Assembly (NCBI GenBank): GCA_018266935.1
Contig: JAFDZL010000468.1
Coordinates: 5,246-69,245 of the forward strand
Length of the DNA stretch: 64,000 nucleotides
Source: Bacteroidota bacterium
GTDB taxonomy: Bacteria > Bacteroidota > Bacteroidia > Sphingobacteriales > Sphingobacteriaceae
Reading direction: 5' to 3'
Shown: in pieces, positions 47,593 through 56,860 of the stretch
Layout: the number at the start of each line of letters is the position of its first letter
Position numbering within the stretch: the first letter of the stretch is position 1
The notes under the pieces: generated by a model
The model's database searches: none
The model's input: the letters and a program-made list of their open reading frames with translations, nothing else
What the model was told of the DNA's origin: nothing
Position numbers and translations under genes: made by a program

Positions 47593-48378
47593 TTATTTAC
47601 CCCGAAAAGCGGGTTTTCTTTTTTCAAGGAATGCGGAGACTCCTTCTTTAAAGTCCTGGGTATCGAAGCTTTTGCCGAACAATTCGATCTCTTCTTCGAA
47701 ACCGTTGACATCGGGCTGGGTGGATGCATTGACTGCCGCGATAGCCGAGGCGAGCGCCAGGGGGGCGCGGGAAAGTATGCGGTCCATAATGGCTTCTGCG
47801 GCGGGGATAAGTTCAACCGGCGAGGTTACGTGGTTTACCAGGCCATACGCATGGGCGTCTTCCGCTGATATCATATCGCCGGTCAATATCATTTCCAAAG
47901 CGCGGCCGCGGCCGACCAGGCGGGTGAGCCTTTGCGTGCCGCCGTATCCGGGTATTAATCCCAGGCTTACCTCGGGAAGACCCATTTTGGCATTATTGGA
48001 GGCAATGCGTATATGGCAGGCCAGGGCCAGTTCCAATCCTCCGCCCAAAGCAAAGCCATTAATGGCAGCTATCACAGGTTTTGGTCCATTCTCAATAAAA
48101 TCAAACACAGTTCTATGCCCCCTGCGGGCCATCTCCTCGCCCTGCTTCGAATCATAAGAGGCGAATTCAGCAATGTCCGCGCCTGCCACGAAAGCTTTTT
48201 CTCCGGAGCCGGAAATGATGATGCCGCCGACATTGTCGTTATTAAAAGCATCATATATAGCGGTGTGCAGCTCGGCGAGCGTATTTTTATTCAGCGCATT
48301 AAGCTTTGAAGGGCGGTTGATGATGATATGATGGATGCGATCCTCGGTATGCGTAAGCAGGTTTTCGAACATGGACAT
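47593..48378 (-). CDS. Enoyl-CoA hydratase/isomerase family protein
   Basis: Crotonase-fold motifs FVAGADI and AAINGFALGGGLELALAC. Confidence 0.85.
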   Translation of the reverse strand: MSMFENLLTHTEDRIHHIIINRPSKLNALNKNTLAELHTAIYDAFNNDNVGGIIISGSGEKAFVAGADIAEFASYDSKQGEEMARRGHRTVFDFIENGPKPVIAAINGFALGGGLELALACHIRIASNNAKMGLPEVSLGLIPGYGGTQRLTRLVGRGRALEMILTGDMISAEDAHAYGLVNHVTSPVELIPAAEAIMDRILSRAPLALASAIAAVNASTQPDVNGFEEEIELFGKSFDTQDFKEGVSAFLEKRKPAFRGK

Positions 48379-48410
48379 GGGGCAGCGTTGAAATTGGTGA
48401 CGCAGCAAAG

Positions 48411-48725
48411 TTATTGCTTAATTATCACCGTTCCATCGGTTTTGAATATTTTGATCACGAGCGAGTCGGCTTTTTTGATCATCGAGTCGCCGACGGCTAT
48501 CTGGCGGTCGAAATCCCAGTGGGTGACCGAGAGATCGTACTTTGCCCCGCCAATGGTTACGGTCGGCTTACCTGAATTGTCATAAACAATTGTATCCACC
48601 TTTCCATTAAACTGGTAGGAAAGCGCCTTTCTGTGCGCTGTAAAACGGGTGTAAAAAGTAAAGACCGCAAATGAAATGGCCAAAGCACCCAAAACAATGA
48701 ATGTAATTTTGACGAACGGTTTCAT
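48411..48725 (-). CDS. Hypothetical membrane-anchored protein
   Basis: 104 aa with a single N-terminal TM segment. No family recognised. Confidence 0.45.
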   Translation of the reverse strand: MKPFVKITFIVLGALAISFAVFTFYTRFTAHRKALSYQFNGKVDTIVYDNSGKPTVTIGGAKYDLSVTHWDFDRQIAVGDSMIKKADSLVIKIFKTDGTVIIKQ

Positions 48726-48757
48726 ATCGTTTCGTTAAATCCTTCATCATCCCGTTG

Positions 48758-49177
48758 CTAAAAGTTCCTGTGCTGGTGTACCCAGTCTTTGATGTATTTT
48801 ACAATTTCGGCGGTGCTGGTGCCGGGGGGAAAAAGCTGACCCACGCCGAGCTTTTTCAGTTCCCGCATATCGCTTTCAGGGATGATACCACCACCAGTAA
48901 CCAATACATCGTCCATTTGTTTTTCTTTCATCAAATTGAGGATCTTAGGGAACACGGTCATGTGTGCTCCTGAGAGTATCGAGATGCCTATGGCGTCCAC
49001 GTCTTCCTGCAGTGCGGTGTTCACCACCATTTCGGGCGTCTGCCGCAGACCGGTATAAATAACCTCCATACCGGCATCGCGCAGCGTGGTGGCGATGATG
49101 CGCGCGCCGCGGTCGTGCCCGTCGAGGCCTACTTTGGCTACCAATACGCGGATAGGGCGGTTGAAAGAATCGGCCAT
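48758..49177 (-). CDS. Cobalamin-binding domain protein (small subunit/C-terminal domain of a methylmalonyl-CoA-mutase-type enzyme)
   Basis: [28 protein letters not shown] contains the DxHxxG B12-binding signature. Confidence 0.85.
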   Translation of the reverse strand: MADSFNRPIRVLVAKVGLDGHDRGARIIATTLRDAGMEVIYTGLRQTPEMVVNTALQEDVDAIGISILSGAHMTVFPKILNLMKEKQMDDVLVTGGGIIPESDMRELKKLGVGQLFPPGTSTAEIVKYIKDWVHQHRNF

Positions 49178-49180
49178 AAA

Positions 49181-49513
49181 TTATTCGAAGCTAAAGAACT
49201 CTGTCAATAAATCGCAAACCTGGCGGCATGTTTTTTCATCCATGATTCCCAGTCGCTTTATCAATCGCAATTTTGATACTGAACGAATATGATCGAGGGC
49301 AATCTGCCCGGATTTATTTTTGAAGGTACAATTTATGCGGTGAGGGTAAGGTTTATTTGCAGACGTCATCGCAGCAACGGTGACTGTGCCCAACAAGCCA
49401 TTTACTTCATCCGGCGAAATAACCAGGCATGGGCGCGTTTTACTGATTTCGTGACCGATGACAGGGTCGAGATTGATGAGCCAAACTTCAAAACGCTTAA
49501 CTACCATTGCCAT
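49181..49513 (-). CDS. mazF: PemK/MazF-family endoribonuclease toxin
   Basis: RFEVWLINLDPVIGHEISKTRPCLVISPDEVN is typical of MazF/PemK. Confidence 0.85.
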   Translation of the reverse strand: MAMVVKRFEVWLINLDPVIGHEISKTRPCLVISPDEVNGLLGTVTVAAMTSANKPYPHRINCTFKNKSGQIALDHIRSVSKLRLIKRLGIMDEKTCRQVCDLLTEFFSFE

Positions 49514-49755
49514 TCCTTATCGGTAAACTCGTCAGAAAAACCCTCTAATAGCTCATCATCAGGCGAATATCCGTTTTGTATGGCCAACTGCAATTGTTCC
49601 GTCCATCCTGTACGGGCTTTTTTCCTCGACTTTATAAGAATACCTTCTTCTGTTGGGTCGATCTCGATATCCTCGGAAAGATCGTATTGCTGTATTAACG
49701 ACTTCGGCAGCCGGATACCAAATGAATTTCCAATTTTAACCAGCTTAGTTTCCAT
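49501..49755 (-). CDS. mazE: AbrB/MazE-family antitoxin
   Basis: LVKIGNSFGIRLPKSLIQQ is a SpoVT/AbrB-type swapped hairpin. It overlaps mazF by 13 nt. Confidence 0.8.
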   Translation of the reverse strand: METKLVKIGNSFGIRLPKSLIQQYDLSEDIEIDPTEEGILIKSRKKARTGWTEQLQLAIQNGYSPDDELLEGFSDEFTDKEWQW

Positions 49756-49820
49756 AATGTAAAGTTACTACAAAGTAATTACATTTATGAAATAAAATGC
49801 AATAATTTTATATAATTAGC

Positions 49821-49828
49821 TAAATTTG
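49821..49828 (+). promoter_or_regulatory. Candidate -7 promoter box (TAnnTTTG) of glnS
   Basis: TAAATTTG lies 17 nt upstream of the ATG at 49846. Confidence 0.4.
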
Positions 49829-49845
49829 CCTCTTTCCCTACTATC

Positions 49846-51504
<1,659 letters not shown>

Positions 51505-51757
51505 GACCGCTGATTTTTCGCAGGTTGTTTAATTTTTTAGGGGCGCTCAAGAGGGCTTCGCCGTTCGTTTGATTATTTTGATAGCGCTGATTTGATTTCG
51601 GCCTTTCTCTGCCGTGCAATTTCCCTTATGGCTTCCAGGCTACGCGGTTTATGAGCCCAGATACCAAATAAGGATTTCGGATCGATTTCTTTATTGCCTT
51701 TAGTAATCGCGCTTTTCATAATCAATAAAGACCTTAGATCATAGATGCTATATTTCC

Positions 51758-52135
51758 TTACACGTGCTGCAAAATAAACCCGGCATCCACATCAAGCTGA
51801 GTGTGTACAGCTTTTAAGAAATTCACATCGGGCTTTTGCTTGCCGGTCATGATCATGGAAAGTTTGGTATCGCTGATGTTGAGTTTCTTTGCCAGGTCCT
51901 TTTGTTTTAGGTGGAGCTCATACATGCGCATTTCGATCATGCCGGTAAGGGTTTGGGGCAGGGCTATGGTGTATTTGTTCTGCTCGTACTGCTGCGCGGC
52001 CAAAGCCAGTTCCCTGATCTCGGCCAGTTCTTCTTTCGAAACATTTTCGCTCCCTTTGGCCATCAGGCTGTCGATGTGGTTCATTACAGCTTTGTAATCG
52101 TGTTCGTTCTTGACGTTAGTGATTGTTTCCATCAA
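51758..52135 (-). CDS. XRE/HigA-type HTH protein (orphan antitoxin-like)
   Basis: The C-terminal HTH reads LKQKDLAKKLNISDTKLSMIMTGKQKP. No HigB-like partner is seen. Confidence 0.7.
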   Translation of the reverse strand: MMETITNVKNEHDYKAVMNHIDSLMAKGSENVSKEELAEIRELALAAQQYEQNKYTIALPQTLTGMIEMRMYELHLKQKDLAKKLNISDTKLSMIMTGKQKPDVNFLKAVHTQLDVDAGFILQHV

Positions 52136-52210
52136 TGATAAATTTAGATAAATAAAATTAATTTTAGCGTTTCTAAATTTTCGTTTTTGCCGGTAATAAT
52201 TTTATTTCAT

Positions 52211-52218
52211 TAAATTTG
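52211..52218 (+). promoter_or_regulatory. Candidate -7 box (TAAATTTG) 3 nt upstream of the ATG
   Basis: The 14-mer TAAATTTGTGTATG is identical to 62567-62580. Confidence 0.45.
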
Positions 52219-52221
52219 TGT

Positions 52222-52425
52222 ATGGAAACATTGATCATGCATCCGCAGAACGAAGAACAGGCATCAGCGTTGAAGGCGATTGCCAGGGCATGGAAAATTA
52301 GTGTTGAAACCAGCCCTTATAACCCCGACTTCGTAGCCAAAATAAAAGCAAGTAAAAAGGAAGCCGAAGCCGGAAAATTCACGACCCTCGATCCCGCTAA
52401 ATCCGTATGGGACAATTTAAAGTAA
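52222..52425 (+). CDS. Putative antitoxin of the YoeB-type toxin
   Basis: 67 aa (METLIMHPQNEEQ...). Overlaps the toxin gene by 19 nt. Confidence 0.55.
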   Translation: METLIMHPQNEEQASALKAIARAWKISVETSPYNPDFVAKIKASKKEAEAGKFTTLDPAKSVWDNLK

Positions 52426-52688
52426 TCGTATCCGATAAGGCTAAGAAGGACTTATTAGAAATACAAAAATCCGGCGACAAGGCGTCCATCAAAAAGGTAG
52501 AACAGATCATCAGCGAATTATACCTGCATCCCGAAACAGGTACGGGCAAACCCGAAAGGCTAAAATTTGAACTGGCGGGCTACTGGTCAAGGCGGATTAA
52601 TAAAAAAGACAGGCTGATCTATTTCATCGAGCATCATATTGTTACCGTCACAGTGGTTTCGGCCGTAGGGCATTACAGCGACAAATAA
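52407..52688 (+). CDS. yoeB: YoeB/Txe-family mRNA interferase toxin
   Basis: HPETGTGKPERLK...WSRRINKKDRLIY...GHY matches E. coli YoeB (GKGKPEPLK...WSRRITEEHRLVY...RYHY). Confidence 0.85.
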   Translation: MGQFKVIVSDKAKKDLLEIQKSGDKASIKKVEQIISELYLHPETGTGKPERLKFELAGYWSRRINKKDRLIYFIEHHIVTVTVVSAVGHYSDK

Positions 52689-52795
52689 TGTAAGCTATCC
52701 CGACAGCTTGTAGAAGTCCACCGCCAACCAAAACCTGCCCACTGCTACTGCAACTGCCACTCCTCCCTAATTTCTACTTTTAGTAATTTTACAAA

Positions 52796-53233
52796 ATGGA
52801 CGTGCACAGCAAGGAAACCCGCAGCTACAATATGTCGCGGATACGGAGTAAGGATACCAAGCCTGAAATGCTGGTTCGCAGGTTTCTGCACAAAAAAGGT
52901 TTTCGCTACCGGCTGCATGTAAAAGACCTGCCCGGCAAACCGGATATCGTATTGCCCAAATACAAAACTGTGATCTTTATACATGGATGTTTCTGGCATG
53001 GGCATGAGGGATGCAAATATTTTGTTGCTCCCCGTTCAAATAGAGAATACTGGCTACCAAAAATTATTAGGAATATTGAGCGCGATCAAACTGCTGAAAG
53101 GTTATTAAAAATTGAAGGTTGGAAGGTACTTAAGGCTTGGGAATGCCAATTAAAGAATAGTATAAGGAACAAAACCTTAGAATTTTTAATAGGGAGAATT
53201 AATGAAAATCATAATGTCCCTTGCAAGAAATAA
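52796..53233 (+). CDS. vsr: Very-short-patch repair endonuclease
   Basis: SRIRSKDTKPE, LPGKPDIVLPKYKTVIFIHGCFWHGHE.C and W..KI..N..RD motifs. Confidence 0.9.
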   Translation: MDVHSKETRSYNMSRIRSKDTKPEMLVRRFLHKKGFRYRLHVKDLPGKPDIVLPKYKTVIFIHGCFWHGHEGCKYFVAPRSNREYWLPKIIRNIERDQTAERLLKIEGWKVLKAWECQLKNSIRNKTLEFLIGRINENHNVPCKK

Positions 53234-54053
53234 GATGAACATTATTTTTTTCGACTACATAGCTTAATCTGTCCGTTATATTAATTCTTTTAGAAGCCTC
53301 TTTCCCGCGATTTAATAAATTTTCAGTTTGCCCCATCCCACCAGAAAAGGGATGCACTTCTATATCTTTCATGAGTAATAAAAGATATTTTAAGCTATCG
53401 AAATCCTCATCACGCCATTCTTTGAACTGGCCTATAAACCCGTTGTCAAAAGAAACAGAATAGCTCTGATAGTTTAAATATCTGACTATTAATTTTTCGG
53501 TGTCGATATGCTTCGAGTAAAACAAATTTGCCCACTCATTGAGTTCTATACTGCTTATATCGTCTAGTTGACATAAATTATATATTTCAAAAGAGTCGAT
53601 TACTTGATCATTTATTAATTTGTTGACTGTGATCTTTCGCTTTTGCCAGAACAGATGAGTATTTATGCTGATCGACGGAACTTGTTTGATATGAGCCACG
53701 GGGAGACCAATTGGCTCTTCATTAGTTGGAGAATCTGGATCAGCAATTTTATAATTGCTTTCGTAAAAAACTGACAACTCGATGTTATTTAAATCATCGA
53801 TAAAGGGACGCCTACATAATGATAGAACAGCGTTTTTGATCGTTGAATTATTTAGTGAGGTTATCCATTCCGAAAAATTTAAGGTGGTAGTTACTTGAAC
53901 AGACGAGTAATTTTGCGGGAAACAGATATGAGTAAACTCATATCTGTCTTTTGCTTCATTGAAAACTTTTAAAAATACCCTAATTTTTTCTTCTAAGATT
54001 TGACTGCTCTCTGACAACGGGTGGAACGAAAGTTCGTTAATAACAAGATCCAT
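53199..54053 (-). CDS. Unknown ~200-aa N-terminal domain fused to a C-terminal YoeB/RelE-type RNase domain (fourth gene of the cassette)
   Basis: The C-terminal FKEWRDEDFDSLKYLLLLMKDIEVHPFSGGMGQTENL...SKRINITDRLSYV...CKGHYDFH is collinear with YoeB. The ATG at 54053 lies 1 nt after the ATPase stop; an alternative ATG is at 54113. Confidence 0.75.
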   Translation of the reverse strand: MDLVINELSFHPLSESSQILEEKIRVFLKVFNEAKDRYEFTHICFPQNYSSVQVTTTLNFSEWITSLNNSTIKNAVLSLCRRPFIDDLNNIELSVFYESNYKIADPDSPTNEEPIGLPVAHIKQVPSISINTHLFWQKRKITVNKLINDQVIDSFEIYNLCQLDDISSIELNEWANLFYSKHIDTEKLIVRYLNYQSYSVSFDNGFIGQFKEWRDEDFDSLKYLLLLMKDIEVHPFSGGMGQTENLLNRGKEASKRINITDRLSYVVEKNNVHLISCKGHYDFH

Positions 54054-54054
54054 T

Positions 54055-55188
54055 CTAGATAAGTTTAAGCAATTGATTGCTCCATTCGTCAGTGAGGTGC
54101 CTGGGATATTCACTTAGTTCCCCATTCTTATCGACCGAAATATTAGTGATTTTAGAGTATTGTTCGCTTTCCTCAACCTGCTTCTCAAAGTAAAAAACAG
54201 CCGATCTGTCGATTAATTCGTTATTTTGTTTTATTGCCACCCTTATTCCATTCAATATATGATCGCTGTGTGTTTCTACAATGACCTGAACATCATTCAA
54301 CGCTGCCAGAGCTATTAATTTCCCAATTTCAGCTTGGCCCCGAGGATGAACATGAGATTCAGGATTTTCAATTATGATTAATTCACCTGATTTTGCAGCT
54401 AACAAGGACGTAACGACAGGCAATGCATAGGAAATTCCGAATCCAACGTTGTTTGGCTTAAACCTATTTGTGTTGCCAAAATTTGGTTGTTTAAAAACAT
54501 ATTCTAAAAGTACGAAATCAGAATTGGGCACGGACGTGGTTCGAATGTTAATATCTGGAGATATCTCACCCATCCATAGATTTATCTGATTTATCAAGGT
54601 CTTGTTTATCAATTCTTTATTAGTAATTGGATCAATTACTTTGGAAGATGAATGCAACATGTTGTCAAACGCAATATCGTCGTTTCCGTGCACTTCAATA
54701 AAGTGAGTTGTGTACTCTCCGTTATTACCAACGTTATTGTTTGATACAACGCTGGAATATGATTTACTATGAATTGAAGTAGGGTCTATACGACTTGCGT
54801 TTAGATACTGAAAGTTATTACTAAATAAAACCTCATTGAAAATATTCTCCGCAATTTCCTTTTGTTTTAGATTAAAGACATCAGCTTCAATTACATAGTT
54901 TGTCTCAAATAGTTGTTGTACGCCGTCCGTGAATGAAATATCAATAGATAAGCTTTCTTGTTTGCTATATTGATAAAGCGCGTCTTTAGTGTTGCCAATG
55001 CTGATGTAATAGCCATTTAGTTGTATTTCACCCAATCTTAATTTATCCGACTGTTTCAATAGTAATAGGGATTGGATAAATGTCGATTTGCCCATTCCAT
55101 TCAAACCCATGACAAGATTCAAATTTTTTAAAGCAAATTTGTTATTCTTGATGGACTTGAAATTCTTTATATGGATTGTTCTAATCAT
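54055..55188 (-). CDS. SMC/ABC-like AAA ATPase with a DUF3696-like C-terminal motif (third gene of the cassette)
   Basis: IKNFKSI...GLNGMGKST (Walker A), LIIIENPESHVHP (Walker B), VETHSDHILNGIR. Confidence 0.85.
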   Translation of the reverse strand: MIRTIHIKNFKSIKNNKFALKNLNLVMGLNGMGKSTFIQSLLLLKQSDKLRLGEIQLNGYYISIGNTKDALYQYSKQESLSIDISFTDGVQQLFETNYVIEADVFNLKQKEIAENIFNEVLFSNNFQYLNASRIDPTSIHSKSYSSVVSNNNVGNNGEYTTHFIEVHGNDDIAFDNMLHSSSKVIDPITNKELINKTLINQINLWMGEISPDINIRTTSVPNSDFVLLEYVFKQPNFGNTNRFKPNNVGFGISYALPVVTSLLAAKSGELIIIENPESHVHPRGQAEIGKLIALAALNDVQVIVETHSDHILNGIRVAIKQNNELIDRSAVFYFEKQVEESEQYSKITNISVDKNGELSEYPRHLTDEWSNQLLKLI

Positions 55189-56857
55189 TTTGAGTTATAT
55201 TTTCGATCAATTCAGAAATTCTCTCAAATCTATAAAGTACTCGGTTTCTATCGCTCGTTGACGTAGATATTGCGGCCTGGAAAGAGTTATCCTGAGTAAG
55301 TAAGCGAATAAATGCTCTAATAAAATCGTCTCTATTTTCTAAGATTCGTTCTTTTATTTCTGAATTTGCAAGTGCAAATAATACGGAAAAAACATCAAAC
55401 AATGCCTTGTTTATTGGTTTTTTTCTTGATGTATAAAGATCAATTTTTCTAAAAGAATTTACCCCAAACAACTCCGAGTTAAATGCCATCGACTGTGTGA
55501 AAGCATTTTTTATACTATTTTTTTCAGCGGCGGAAAGGTCATAGATTCTAGCCATTGCCTTGCTCATAAATGAATCCAGGTCAGGCGAATAATTCTGAAA
55601 TCCTAAGAGGTAGAATGCCAGAAATCGATTGGCAAAATCTCGGTCTAACATTCTTTGCGTTCTTATGGAATAGCTGGTTGCTTTTTTGAACTCATCGCTA
55701 TCAGCTAACTCTTTAATAAACTTTGCTGGTGCACCTTGATATAACGCATGCCGTATTTCTTGAGACTCTAAAATAAGTCCGCCGGTGTTAATTCTCTTGA
55801 AGATGTTAAACTTTACATCATCCGGAGTGCCGGGGTTAATAATATATGCAACAATTTGAGTTTCCTCAATTAAGCGTTGGAGGTCTCGGTCCAACTCATC
55901 GAAACCATAACCATTCAGTTGTGAGAGAAATTCAAGATTAGTAAGTTTCAATGTTTTATCTAAGGCAAAATTTCGAATACTACTAAGTCTCTGCAAGCCG
56001 TCTACTACAAGCCATTTGTTTTTATTCGAACCATCAAAATAAAATGCCGGGAGAGGAAATCTTATCAAAATTGATTCGATTAATCTGCTCTGTTTCGTCG
56101 CATCCCATAAGTCATCCTTCCTTTGAAATTCTGGGTACAGGTCTATTTCTGGTGGATTTTGTTTAAGTCTTTTTATGATTAAATCAATGTTAATAAGCCT
56201 ATTATCTATATTTATAAGTGATGGATCGAATGGTTTTTGCATCAATGAGGTTGAAATATCATTGATCTCCTCTTCCACATAGTCTAAAGTCGTTTCTCCT
56301 ACGTTATTATCCAAAATGGGTGGATTATAAACAAGCAATCTATCTAATTCAGGATACGTCAAATCTATGAATTCATATAACGCATGATCGACAGCATTTA
56401 AACAGTAAAACAATGCAGCAATGTCTTGCCTTGGCTCCTCCGGTTTTATAACCTGAACGGTTTGATTGCTATTTGTATTCAATCCTATTATCGGGATATT
56501 AGAGCACCAATAGTAGGCGGTACTATCAACGGCTAATACCTCATGCTTTTGTATCGATTTTTTTAAGACAAAGCCTAGTTCGAGATGAACAATCCAATCG
56601 TCATTATAATTCGGGCCTCCTTTTTTATCCCTTATTTTTCCAAAAGCTCGTAATCCTTGATCCCAAGCAGTGGGACTCCCTTTATTGTTATCAGAACCTA
56701 GCCAAATAAAGCAAAAAACACCAGATGTTACTTCCGATGGAACCTGTTTGCACTTTACGAATATTTCTACAGTTGGATTTTGTATACCTTTTCGGCTATC
56801 TATTGCAGTAATATCGTCGACGCTGTCTTTACCAAGTCGAATAATGCAAAACCTCAT
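55181..56857 (-). CDS. DUF262-domain protein with an uncharacterised ~200-aa N-terminal domain and no DUF1524/HNH half (second gene of the cassette)
   Basis: YPEFQRKDDLWDATKQSRLIESILIRFPLPAFYF...WLVVDGLQRLSSI is the DGQQR-type signature. Its stop overlaps the ATPase ATG as ATGATTAG. Confidence 0.85.
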   Translation of the reverse strand: MRFCIIRLGKDSVDDITAIDSRKGIQNPTVEIFVKCKQVPSEVTSGVFCFIWLGSDNNKGSPTAWDQGLRAFGKIRDKKGGPNYNDDWIVHLELGFVLKKSIQKHEVLAVDSTAYYWCSNIPIIGLNTNSNQTVQVIKPEEPRQDIAALFYCLNAVDHALYEFIDLTYPELDRLLVYNPPILDNNVGETTLDYVEEEINDISTSLMQKPFDPSLINIDNRLINIDLIIKRLKQNPPEIDLYPEFQRKDDLWDATKQSRLIESILIRFPLPAFYFDGSNKNKWLVVDGLQRLSSIRNFALDKTLKLTNLEFLSQLNGYGFDELDRDLQRLIEETQIVAYIINPGTPDDVKFNIFKRINTGGLILESQEIRHALYQGAPAKFIKELADSDEFKKATSYSIRTQRMLDRDFANRFLAFYLLGFQNYSPDLDSFMSKAMARIYDLSAAEKNSIKNAFTQSMAFNSELFGVNSFRKIDLYTSRKKPINKALFDVFSVLFALANSEIKERILENRDDFIRAFIRLLTQDNSFQAAISTSTSDRNRVLYRFERISELIENITQND

Positions 56858-56860
56858 TTT

